Below are positions 1 to 8,226 of a DNA stretch of 20,000 bases, one piece after another; position 1 is the stretch's first letter, and every line of letters starts with the position of its first letter. Below the pieces are notes generated by a model. It made no database searches. It saw nothing but the letters and a program-made list of their open reading frames with translations, and had not been told where the DNA came from. A program made the translations under genes and the position numbers. This stretch comes from an uncultured virus (IMG/VR IMGVR_UViG_3300021401_000002) (lineage: Duplodnaviria > Heunggongvirae > Uroviricota > Caudoviricetes): the IMG/VR virus record IMGVR_UViG_3300021401_000002; one strand, written 5' to 3'.

Positions 1-115
1 GCCGCGCAGCGAATGGGACCTGGTGGCACCGAAGGATCGTTTGCGCAGCCACAACGAAGAAAGCCCGGTATCCCCTTGGTCACTCCGTTGACGAGCCTTC
101 CCATCCGCGCTGGCC

Positions 116-370
116 TTACGCTGCCTTCGAAGCGCTCGCAAGCGTCTTCAAAAGGTTCTGTGTTGGAATGTCGAACTTGCCAGACGGATAGAGCCCATGC
201 GCGGTCTGCATGTCCTGGATGGCTTTGCGCGTCTCGTCGTATTTGCGATGCCATTTCGCTTCTGACGCAGCGTTCTTCGCCTGCCACCACCAATACCCAA
301 GTCCGACGAGCAAAGAGCCGCCTCCGAGGTAGAGCGACCACTTTGCATAGTCGGGTTTGGACACAGTCAT
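116..370 (-). CDS. Small membrane-anchored protein with a peptidoglycan-binding-like C-terminal motif (84 aa)
   Basis: ATG at 370 overlaps the upstream stop (ATGA). It has an N-terminal hydrophobic segment, WSLYLGGGSLLVGLGYWWW. ETRKAIQDMQTAHGLYPSGKFDIPTQNLL resembles the PG_binding_1 pattern 'AVKAFQ..HGL..TG..D..T...L'. Confidence 0.55.
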   Translation of the reverse strand: MTVSKPDYAKWSLYLGGGSLLVGLGYWWWQAKNAASEAKWHRKYDETRKAIQDMQTAHGLYPSGKFDIPTQNLLKTLASASKAA

Positions 371-606
371 CGAATAGGCTTCCAATACCAGAACTTCTCA
401 ACGAAATCGGAGACGTCAGTACCGATGCGAGATACAGGATAGCTAGCAAGTAGACGTTCCGATCCTCCCATGACACGCAATCGGTTCTTCTTCACTTCGA
501 AGCTCACCGGCAAGACCTTATCGCCCTTTGCGATGAAGTCGCCAGAGAGACCGGCACCGTAACGTGCGAGCGCTGTACTGATTTGAGCACGTTGATCGGA
601 CGTCAT
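367..606 (-). CDS. Hypothetical protein (79 aa)
   Basis: ATG at 606 lies 7 nt after the upstream stop, and its own stop overlaps the next start. The longer start at 696 would overlap the upstream gene. Confidence 0.6.
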   Translation of the reverse strand: MTSDQRAQISTALARYGAGLSGDFIAKGDKVLPVSFEVKKNRLRVMGGSERLLASYPVSRIGTDVSDFVEKFWYWKPIR

Positions 607-613
607 CAGTGAA

Positions 614-1636
614 TCACTTGACGATGTTCTCGGGAACGAACTGCGTGCCGCCCGTGCCAATGGGAGTGATAACGCGCTCGTTCTGAGGGGCGACAACGCG
701 CTCGTACTGGCTCGATTTGACCTCAGGCTGCGAGATGACGCCGCTGAGACCGAGCGCGCTGTGACCTTGCGGCGTCGGAAGATGCACGACGGTGTTCATG
801 ACTCCTGCAGGAGCTGGAGGCATGTAGGCGTCGCCCGTTGCATTGACGATCTTCTGACCGCCCACTTCTGGAGGAGGCGCCATGGATGTCGAAGAAGCCA
901 TGCTTGGTACAGCTTGAGCGGGCTCTGGCGTTCCTGGCACCTGTGGCACTTGAGTCGGTTGAGGCGCTTGAACCTGAGGCGGCGGCACAGGCTTCTTGTG
1001 CATGTAAGCGAGATGCGGCGGATACCAGGGTACGTCAGACTCGACGACGTCGGGCTGAAACACGACACGAGACTCTTGCGCAACCTGAGGTTGAGAGCCT
1101 CCATTCGGAGCTGTCACGTACGAAGGATGTACGGTCGGTGATTGCGATACCGGTTGCAAAGCACCAATCACCTGCGAAGGCGGCGCACCTTGCGTAGGAG
1201 GTAAAGGTCCTGGACCCACTTGCGGATAAGACTGTGGCTGCGGTTGCGGTTGCACTGCAGGATGGTTGTAGTGCAATGCAGGAGCTCCCGGTGCGCCTAC
1301 GGGTGCTGTCGTCGGAGTAACGCCGTAACTTGGCATCGAAGTATCCGCAAACGACGGCGCGCCAAATCCGTTTCCACCGACTTCGGGCTTCGCGGCTCCG
1401 CTGGCTTCGGGTTGCACTGCGAGCTGCACATGCTGCGTAGGCTGCGAATGGTTGAAAAGACCCATGCGCCCACATTCGGCAACACACTCCGAAGCGATCC
1501 CGTCCGCGAGCTCCTTGGCAGTCACCTCGGAGACGCCAGGTCCCGATACCTTCGCGAGCACGTTTGCCACGACGGCAGCGTACAAGTCGTCTGGCGTCGT
1601 ATTCTTGTTTTGATGATTCGCATTTTGCTGAGTCAT
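614..1636 (-). CDS. Pro/Gln-rich, probably largely disordered hypothetical protein (340 aa)
   Basis: Long ORF with an SD-like AAGAGG upstream of the ATG and low-complexity P/Q/A/V composition. Confidence 0.75.
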   Translation of the reverse strand: MTQQNANHQNKNTTPDDLYAAVVANVLAKVSGPGVSEVTAKELADGIASECVAECGRMGLFNHSQPTQHVQLAVQPEASGAAKPEVGGNGFGAPSFADTSMPSYGVTPTTAPVGAPGAPALHYNHPAVQPQPQPQSYPQVGPGPLPPTQGAPPSQVIGALQPVSQSPTVHPSYVTAPNGGSQPQVAQESRVVFQPDVVESDVPWYPPHLAYMHKKPVPPPQVQAPQPTQVPQVPGTPEPAQAVPSMASSTSMAPPPEVGGQKIVNATGDAYMPPAPAGVMNTVVHLPTPQGHSALGLSGVISQPEVKSSQYERVVAPQNERVITPIGTGGTQFVPENIVK

Positions 1637-1689
1637 TGGAAAACCTCTTTACCTCTTTGAAACTTCATGTTCCGAACACGATGAATGTA

Positions 1690-2997
1690 CTATACATTGA
1701 TGTAATAGTACGCAAAGAATGGGATTTCGAGATCCCCTATAGCGGCACTGTTGCCGCCAAACACGTCAATCGACGTTGCTCCTTGAACGATAGGAATGAT
1801 CGACTCGCCATCGGATGGAAACGGCCCAACAGTCGCACCGGCAACGTCGAGATTTTGCGTCCATGTGATGGGCACGGTCGATGGAGTGAGCCCCGAATTG
1901 AAAATGCCACCAAAGAGAGCAACGCCAATCGCACCAAACGGGATTGGAATGCGCGATGCGTTCGTTGGAGCCCCTGTCGCTGCGCTCGAGAGTACCGAGC
2001 CGCGGAAAATACGAACAGGAAGCGTCGCTTCGTCAGGCGTTGGCGAGAGACCTTTGCCGCTCCAACCCGAAAACGTGACGGGATTAGCAGCTACGCCAGC
2101 TGCGACGATGGTGCCAGGGCCTCCGCCTTGAAGGGACATGATGTTCGGCGGCAAATTCGAAAACGATGCTTGCGTAAGGACTGGACCGCCAGGGAAAAGG
2201 AGGTACTGACGAAGAGGCGTACCGCCGTCGTTTGCAAAGTAGCGGGGCGCAATGCGTCCTGCCATTCGCATCATCGACGGAACAGCCGGAATCTTCACCA
2301 GACTTCCAGGCAAGACGTCGAACGTCAATTCAGTCGAACCGCCCTTGTGGCCAAACTGAGCCAGTCCAAGTGACACGGCGCCACCAAAGAAAGCAACTGG
2401 CGCTATTGCAGGTGCCGTGATGAGTGAGTCACCAAGAGGTACCACCAAGAGAGGCGAACCCGGTGTAGGGGGATCAACTTGAACGAGCCCGAGCATTTCT
2501 TTCGAAAGGTGATATCGCGATCGAACTGGAGACGACGGCGAATCGAAGACGGCGTTCGATGACGTTCCTTCGTCTTGATGCGGAACTTCATCGCCTTTCA
2601 AATCGAGGTACGCTTGCTGCGGCACAAGCGCGACTTCTCGCTCTGTGAGTTGAGGCTGATGTCCTGTCGCGTCCCTCATCCCATAACGGGGAGGAGTGGA
2701 GCCATCTGGAAGAGGCTGATTCTCGAGCGACATTCGCCCTTGCACGAATGCAAGATATTGAGGGTTTTGAGGGTCGCCCCAACGCATCTGAGGACCGTCA
2801 GCGTTTGGCTGATAGGGGAGTTGAACGAGCTCGCCCATCCGATTGAACATGTAACCGAGCGGAGCAGGGCGACCAAGGTAGTCGTATTGCCAGAGAAGAT
2901 CGTACTCGCCGTGAAGCTGATCGCGCGGGCGGCGCGGGTCCCAGCCAGCGGCGCCGACGCCGCCTCCGATGAGGGGATTAGGGCCTCCGTTTGCCAT
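1690..2997 (-). CDS. Hypothetical protein (435 aa) with a Gly/Pro-rich, beta-rich-looking C-terminal half; possibly structural
   Basis: Longest ORF in this region and co-oriented with its neighbours. The structural role is inferred from composition only. Confidence 0.75.
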   Translation of the reverse strand: MANGGPNPLIGGGVGAAGWDPRRPRDQLHGEYDLLWQYDYLGRPAPLGYMFNRMGELVQLPYQPNADGPQMRWGDPQNPQYLAFVQGRMSLENQPLPDGSTPPRYGMRDATGHQPQLTEREVALVPQQAYLDLKGDEVPHQDEGTSSNAVFDSPSSPVRSRYHLSKEMLGLVQVDPPTPGSPLLVVPLGDSLITAPAIAPVAFFGGAVSLGLAQFGHKGGSTELTFDVLPGSLVKIPAVPSMMRMAGRIAPRYFANDGGTPLRQYLLFPGGPVLTQASFSNLPPNIMSLQGGGPGTIVAAGVAANPVTFSGWSGKGLSPTPDEATLPVRIFRGSVLSSAATGAPTNASRIPIPFGAIGVALFGGIFNSGLTPSTVPITWTQNLDVAGATVGPFPSDGESIIPIVQGATSIDVFGGNSAAIGDLEIPFFAYYYINV

Positions 2998-3206
2998 CAG
3001 ACTTCACCGGAGATGAAGAGGTAGGCATTGACGATTACATGGGTCATAGGACGGGCTCCGCTCGGCACGATGTTCGTTCTGTCGCAACCTTGTCGCCCGT
3101 CCTAACAACAGCCGGCAAAGTCAACCGAGATTTTGCGTCATCCGTGCCAAAAAGACCAGTCAAATAAATCCGCTGGTCTATCGGGATTCGAGCTTGGTTC
3201 TGAACC

Positions 3207-3235
3207 TTGACAGAGTGCACTACGCGCTGTAACGT
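3207..3235 (+). promoter_or_regulatory. Sigma70-type promoter for the RHH-cas12-CRISPR cassette
   Basis: TTGACA (3207-3212), a 17-nt spacer, then TAACGT (3230-3235). The predicted start site falls at or just before the ATG at 3244. Palindromes GGTTC-T-GAACC (3196-3206) and AGTGCACT (3214-3221) flank the -35 box. Confidence 0.7.
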
Positions 3236-3243
3236 GCTGGGAC

Positions 3244-3453
3244 ATGCCCAGACCTCGCAGCGATAACACTCAGTCGATGACGATCAAGATGCCTCGAAAG
3301 TGGGTCGAGGACGCAAGTGGCTGTGCCAAGCGGGCTACGGAGCATGGATTTGCAACGGTTACACGCACCGACATCTTTCGATCTGCGCTGCGAAAAGGTC
3401 TCGACGCAATCATCGAAGAGCAGCGCCAAAAAGAGAAGAGGCGAGAAAAATGA
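3244..3453 (+). CDS. Ribbon-helix-helix (CopG/Arc-like) transcriptional regulator (69 aa)
   Basis: RHH pattern: beta strand SMTIKMP, helix A, then helix B TRTDIFRSALRKGL. Its stop overlaps the cas12 start (ATGA at 3450-3453). Confidence 0.7.
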   Translation: MPRPRSDNTQSMTIKMPRKWVEDASGCAKRATEHGFATVTRTDIFRSALRKGLDAIIEEQRQKEKRREK

Positions 3454-5315
3454 CGATGATTCGAGTCTACAAGTACGGTCTTCTTCGACCCATTCAGAAC
3501 GAAGCGCTCGTACGGGCGCAGCTTCGTGCCAAACACGACTATCGCAACACGCTCATCGAAATCGAAAGAGGTCGACGTACGGCGATGAGAAACGTCGAGG
3601 AGCAACATTCTGAGCTTGCTACGGCGATGGCAGCTTCACGTGCAGCGCTCGTGGAGCTGGAAGAGTCACGCCAAGCCATTCGCCTTGCTCGCAGCAAGTC
3701 TCGCAGCCGATCCGAAACAAACGTGATGAAAGAACGCGTCAAACAGGCCCGAATCGTGAGACGTACGACATCGCAAGCACTCTATGATTGCCGAGCGCGT
3801 GTTCGTCCAGAAATGATTTCTGCACGCGATGTCATCAACGAACGCGCAGCCGAGCTCGTTCGTGGAGCCCGAGCGCTCACGACGTCGTATTGGGGCTCGT
3901 ATCTACTTGCCGAAGACGAGGTCAAGGCCGCTGCGAAGCAGCCGCTTTACGACGATTCTACGCCGAATGATCCTCGCTTTGAACGCTGGACTGGCGAAGG
4001 TCAAATCGGAATGCAAATTCAAAATGGCATGACGCCTGGCGAGGTGCTCAGCTCTGAAGATACACGACTTCGCATCAGCGAACCGAATTGGAACGACGGC
4101 AAGCACGTGCGAACTCTTCGCACTCTTTCGCTACGTGTCGGATCAGAAGGACGCAAGCCAGTTTGGGCATCTTGGCCTCTCATCATGCATCGACCTCTTC
4201 CGCCCGCGGCGCGTATCAAAAGATGCAACGTTTCTTTGCGCCGCCACAGCTCGCGTGAGATATGGTCCGCCGAGCTTACGATTGAATGCCCGAACGTAAC
4301 GAGCGCAATTCGCGAAGAGCACGGGTGGGGACGCGGCGGCGGAGTCGAAGGAGCCGTGGGAGTCGACATCGGCTGGCGTGTTGTCACGGATGACGACGCA
4401 GGTCTCCGTGTGTGCGCCTACGCATCAGAAGACGGTCAGGACATTGGTGAGCTTCGTCTTAGTCCTCATGAGATTACGCGTTTACGCAAGGCAGATGAAA
4501 TCAGGAGCATTCGAGACAAGAGGTTTGATGCGATTCGTCTCATTGTGCGAGACAAGCTTGCGACGCTCGAAGTTCCAGCGTGGCTTTCCATGTCGACGCT
4601 GCATATGCATGTGTGGCGTTCACCGGCTAGGCTTGTCTCGCTCTCGAAGCGTTGGAGCAAGGAGCGCTTCGCAAACGATGAAGAGGTCTTCGATTTGCTC
4701 GAGTCTTGGAGGTACTGGGACAGCCAGCACTACCAATGGGAATGCGATCAGCGCACCAAGGCGCTGCGACGGCGACGCGAAAAGTACCGAGTGTTCGGGG
4801 CTCGGCTCGCGGAAAAATACGAGGTGCTGGTACTCGAAGATCGAGCAGAAGATGACCGAACCAAACCCATGGATCTCCGAAAGTTCGCCCGCCGAGCTCA
4901 AACGGAGATGGAACCAGAGAACGAGACGGCAAGGTCAAACAGACACCTCGCAGCAACAAGCGAGCTACGCCAAGCCCTCGAAGAGGCTTTTATCTCCCAC
5001 GGCGGACGTGTCGAGCTTGCGCCATGTGAAGATACAACGCGAACGTGCACAGCGTGTGGCGTCGTCGATCGTGGATTGGATGCGGAAACTGAAATCGATG
5101 TAACGTGCTCGTCGTGTGGTGCCAAGCAAGACCAGGACGTGCGTGCGAGCAACAACCTTTGCGAGCGGTGGCGTAAAGCGCAAAATGCCGGAGGCGCTCG
5201 CAATGCCAAAGCGGCGAAATCAGAGGGGAGATGGAAAAAAGCAAGACGTCTTCGGACCGAAAAGCAGCAGCGAATGGGAACCTTTCGCAATGCCAGCGAT
5301 AACAGCGCAGAATGA
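3450..5315 (+). CDS. cas12m: Compact type V CRISPR effector, Cas12m (V-M, formerly V-U1)-like, TnpB superfamily (621 aa)
   Basis: RuvC-I AVGVDIGWR (D306), RuvC-II VLVLEDR (E463), zinc finger CTAC...CSSC and RuvC-III DQDVRA (D563). Motifs that recall Cas12m: LRAKHDYRNTL, a long helical REC insertion, YWGSY, RWTGEGQIGMQIQ, MHRPLP, WRSPARL. It sits 19 nt from a CRISPR array. Confidence 0.85.
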   Translation: MTMIRVYKYGLLRPIQNEALVRAQLRAKHDYRNTLIEIERGRRTAMRNVEEQHSELATAMAASRAALVELEESRQAIRLARSKSRSRSETNVMKERVKQARIVRRTTSQALYDCRARVRPEMISARDVINERAAELVRGARALTTSYWGSYLLAEDEVKAAAKQPLYDDSTPNDPRFERWTGEGQIGMQIQNGMTPGEVLSSEDTRLRISEPNWNDGKHVRTLRTLSLRVGSEGRKPVWASWPLIMHRPLPPAARIKRCNVSLRRHSSREIWSAELTIECPNVTSAIREEHGWGRGGGVEGAVGVDIGWRVVTDDDAGLRVCAYASEDGQDIGELRLSPHEITRLRKADEIRSIRDKRFDAIRLIVRDKLATLEVPAWLSMSTLHMHVWRSPARLVSLSKRWSKERFANDEEVFDLLESWRYWDSQHYQWECDQRTKALRRRREKYRVFGARLAEKYEVLVLEDRAEDDRTKPMDLRKFARRAQTEMEPENETARSNRHLAATSELRQALEEAFISHGGRVELAPCEDTTRTCTACGVVDRGLDAETEIDVTCSSCGAKQDQDVRASNNLCERWRKAQNAGGARNAKAAKSEGRWKKARRLRTEKQQRMGTFRNASDNSAE

Positions 5316-5334
5316 CAACTCTCTCCAGAGAGGA

Positions 5335-5962
5335 GTCTCAATGGCTGCGACGAGCCGTGCAATCGTCGACCGTGAGCGGCGCGACGGGCGGCACGACAGG
5401 TGCGGTCTGTCTCAATGGCTGCGACGAGCCGTGCAATCGTCGACGCCCAAGGACACGTGTACTTGGAATCCCTGCTGGGAGGTCTCAATGGCTGCGACGA
5501 GCCGTGCAATCGTCGACGCGCGCGGCACCGACGAGACGCTCGCGCACAGTTGCGTCTCAATGGCTGCGACGAGCCGTGCAATCGTCGACGCGGTGACACC
5601 TTTGCTCTCACCTTCGTTCGTGGGCTGTCTCAATGGCTGCGACGAGCCGTGCAATCGTCGACCTGCTGGCGGGCGCTGTGAGCGTACTCGTGTGGACCCT
5701 CGTCTCAATGGCTGCGACGAGCCGTGCAATCGTCGACCGCCGCAACCTGTGGCGCTCCCCAACGGCATCATCACGTGTCTCAATGGCTGCGACGAGCCGT
5801 GCAATCGTCGACGTCTCGTAGACGATCGCCCACTTGTACCTGCCCTCGTCGTGTCTCAATGGCTGCGACGAGCCGTGCAATCGTCGACTCCACGTGCTGA
5901 AGGCGACGATGCCGCCTGCGTACCGGGTCTCAATGGCTGCGACGAGCCGTGCAATCGTTGAC
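5335..5962 (+). CRISPR. CRISPR array with 9 repeats of 36 nt (GTCTCAATGGCTGCGACGAGCCGTGCAATCGTCGAC) and 8 spacers of 36-40 nt
   Basis: Repeats start at 5335, 5409, 5482, 5554, 5627, 5702, 5777, 5853 and 5927. Spacers are 38, 37, 36, 37, 39, 39, 40 and 38 nt and all differ. The last repeat has a C>T change (…ATCGTTGAC), consistent with + strand orientation. Confidence 0.98.
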
Positions 5963-5977
5963 ATCGGCACGTGGGCG

Positions 5978-6580
5978 TCAACGATTTCGTTCGCCATCTT
6001 CGCGCTGTTCGCGGGTTCCGTACAAGTAATCCGAGGGATTTTTCAAGCGAGCGACCTTGAACGCTTCCTTGAGCCGTTTGTACTTCCACACGAGATCATG
6101 CACGCGTTCGAATGACAAGAGCGAAAGATCGCCGCTCACGATCATCTTCACGATTGCTGCGCTAGCAGCTGTAGCCTCATGAAGAGGCGTCCCTGCGTGA
6201 GTAGCGAGCCGAAGAAATTTCTGCGCCTTCGATTCGATCTTCTCCCAGTCGACCTCTCCACTGGCTTCCACCCAAGGCATCTTGCTTTCGTGCTCTAGCT
6301 CGTACTCGTTCAATCGTTGCTCGAGTCCGTCAACGAACGAGCGAAGCTCCTCAGGGGTGCGAACATGTTTTACCGGAAGCAAATGCGTCGCGAAGCGATA
6401 GCCAGCGAGCCGCCAACTTGAAATGATCTCGTGGCGACGAGGCGAAGAAGACGCGCCTCGTGGTCCTTGCCGCTCGACTGGGTGAACACGTGCGATGAGG
6501 TCTTCGCACACTTGGCGAAAGAAAGCGTGCTCGATGGACTCTTCGTCTTCACCGTCACGCTTCGCCCCGGTGTAGTCCAC
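5978..6580 (-). CDS. Hypothetical protein (200 aa) with a DUF2786-like helical hairpin near the C-terminus
   Basis: GTG start 2 nt after the upstream stop. KFLRLATHAGTPLHEATAASAAIVKMI resembles the DUF2786 pattern 'KLL.LA....N.HEA.AA...A..L'. Confidence 0.6.
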   Translation of the reverse strand: MDYTGAKRDGEDEESIEHAFFRQVCEDLIARVHPVERQGPRGASSSPRRHEIISSWRLAGYRFATHLLPVKHVRTPEELRSFVDGLEQRLNEYELEHESKMPWVEASGEVDWEKIESKAQKFLRLATHAGTPLHEATAASAAIVKMIVSGDLSLLSFERVHDLVWKYKRLKEAFKVARLKNPSDYLYGTREQREDGERNR

Positions 6581-6582
6581 TG

Positions 6583-6768
6583 CTACTTCCCACCGCTATC
6601 GGGTTTTCGGCTTTTGGGTTTAGGCGTCGGAACGAATGGAGGAAACCGTAATACAGGTGTCGGAACTGAAACTGGCACTCCGTAATTGCGTGCTCCACAC
6701 ACGCATCGAGTCATTCGCCTAGCCTGAACGAGAATGCCACGCTTACAGAAATTACAACGCGTCCTCAC
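6583..6768 (-). CDS. Small zinc-ribbon-like protein (61 aa)
   Basis: GTG at 6768 overlaps the upstream stop (GTGA). It has a CNFC...CVC motif and a Pro/Lys-rich tail. Confidence 0.5.
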   Translation of the reverse strand: MRTRCNFCKRGILVQARRMTRCVCGARNYGVPVSVPTPVLRFPPFVPTPKPKSRKPDSGGK

Positions 6769-8159
6769 GTTCCACCTGCCTGATGATATTCCTCTAGTAG
6801 CTTCACGAGACTCACGGCCGCCACTTTGCAAAAGTCGTCGAGCGTTTGGTGAATGACGATCCCCACGCCTGGATCACTTTGTATCATGGCGCCGAGCATG
6901 AGCGCCATGTGCGCAACGAGCGCAATGCCCTGATCCGACGCAGCGTCCTCGGAGCTCGACGCGTCTGCAATGGCATCCCAGAGCTGGAGCGGTCCGGGCT
7001 CGAGCGCCTCGCGGATCACGCCCTCCTTTCCACGAGCGCGCACGAGCGCGAAGAACGACGCTGTTTGAAGGGCCACCGAGAGCCGAAGCTTGTCGAGCTC
7101 CGACGGCTCGCCCTCCTCGACCTCTTCCGCCTCTGCCCCTACCTCTTCTGCCTCTGCCCCTACCTCTTCTGCCTCTGCGTCTTCGACCTTTGTGTCCGTT
7201 GGAACTTGACCAGACGCGGTCTCCGTCTTGGTCTCTGTTCCGGCCTCTGGCGACGTCTTCGGTTTTGCTCCGTTCACACCGTTTGCGCCATTCGTTTTCG
7301 GCTTGGAGGTTTTCGCTGCTCGCTTTTGCTCTTGATACCACTCGTTGAACTCGGGCGGCAGTGACTCGCCGCCTCGACGTTGCAACATCGACATAGCCAT
7401 GACCATGAGCTTTGGACCGTGCTTTTCGAGGCCGGCGAAAATGCTATCGACAATCTTTTTCTTGAACGCTTCGGCCTCCTCGTCTGCCTTCTCCTTTTTC
7501 TTCTGTTCGTATTCGAGACCTCGGGCTGCAATTTCGATTTCACGAACAGCGGTCTCTTTGTCCGTATACGCCTGACGGACGCTGTCATGGTGAACCTCTC
7601 GCTTTTGGTAGATGTCGAGAAGATGCATCGTTCGATCGTCCAAACGCGCTTCTTTCTTAGAGACGTATTCCAAGACCGCAGGCATCAACCGTTCGGCGAT
7701 GCCTGCCTCGAACTGGGCATTGAGACCGCCAGCACCAGCAGCGCCACCATACATTCCCATGGCCCGACTACCGGGACCAGACAAGACCATGGATTGTGTC
7801 TCTTGTCCGCCGTACACCTTGAACATGAAACGAGAGCGGTTGTCGTGGTCTTTGGAATGGAACGCGAGCTCGTAAATGATGTCGCCTGCGGGCTGAAACG
7901 AAGCATCGTGACAGCAGACTCTCTCGACGATACGAACGACGGAATCGAGTGATATGTGAGGCCCTCGAAGATCTCGCTCGAACCACTCGCCTACGGGTTC
8001 GTCACGCATTCCGCCCTTGAGGCGGAGAGACATTCGAATGATCTTGCGCAGCGCAAGCTCGGCCTCATCGCCGACGAGCGGTTTCGAGTAGCAGAGCGCA
8101 TCGTCGATCGCGTTCGAGACCTGCCTCTTCGTTTCGGCTGAGAATTCCAGGGTTGCCAT
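6765..8159 (-). CDS. Hypothetical protein (464 aa) with a coiled-coil segment and an acidic repeat linker
   Basis: Long ORF with a charged helical central region and AEAEEVG repeats. Confidence 0.8.
   Translation of the reverse strand: MATLEFSAETKRQVSNAIDDALCYSKPLVGDEAELALRKIIRMSLRLKGGMRDEPVGEWFERDLRGPHISLDSVVRIVERVCCHDASFQPAGDIIYELAFHSKDHDNRSRFMFKVYGGQETQSMVLSGPGSRAMGMYGGAAGAGGLNAQFEAGIAERLMPAVLEYVSKKEARLDDRTMHLLDIYQKREVHHDSVRQAYTDKETAVREIEIAARGLEYEQKKKEKADEEAEAFKKKIVDSIFAGLEKHGPKLMVMAMSMLQRRGGESLPPEFNEWYQEQKRAAKTSKPKTNGANGVNGAKPKTSPEAGTETKTETASGQVPTDTKVEDAEAEEVGAEAEEVGAEAEEVEEGEPSELDKLRLSVALQTASFFALVRARGKEGVIREALEPGPLQLWDAIADASSSEDAASDQGIALVAHMALMLGAMIQSDPGVGIVIHQTLDDFCKVAAVSLVKLLEEYHQAGGT
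7120..7178. repeat. 21-nt in-frame tandem repeat (about 2.8 copies) encoding AEAEEV(G)
   Basis: The unit ACCTCTTCTGCCTCTGCCCCT is repeated within the 464-aa gene. Confidence 0.85.
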
Positions 8160-8188
8160 AGCCCTACATTTACTACGTGACGCAAGCC

Positions 8189-8218
8189 TTGCCTAGCCGT
8201 CCTGTGAAGCAGTAGTAT
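8189..8218 (+). promoter_or_regulatory. Candidate sigma70 promoter in the divergent intergenic gap
   Basis: TTGCCT (8189-8194), an 18-nt spacer, then TAGTAT (8213-8218), ending 8 nt before the ATG at 8227. Gene orientation switches at this point. Confidence 0.45.
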
Positions 8219-8226
8219 TGACGAAG

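Noticed and set aside
3267..3315. Partial matches between the orphan-repeat guide and the RHH gene (GTCGATG and TGGGTCGA cores)
   Set aside because: Only 7-8 contiguous nt match, with mismatches in the PAM-proximal part. This is expected by chance.
3300..3449. Longer 671-aa start for the Cas12 ORF
   Set aside because: It overlaps the RHH gene. The ATGA-coupled ATG at 3450 gives an N-terminus (MTMIRVYKYGL) that fits the family.
3450..5315. IS200/IS605 or IS607 TnpB transposon, or a CAST
   Set aside because: No TnpA, serine recombinase or TnsB/TnsC/TniQ is present. The size, helical insertion and adjacent array fit a Cas12 effector.
5371..5926. Exact self-targeting spacers within the window
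   Set aside because: I found no near-perfect protospacer by eye. An alignment would be needed to be certain.
5116..6115. Several ORFs with repeated peptides (MAATSRAIVD, LNGCDEPCNRR)
   Set aside because: These are translations of the CRISPR repeats, not genes.
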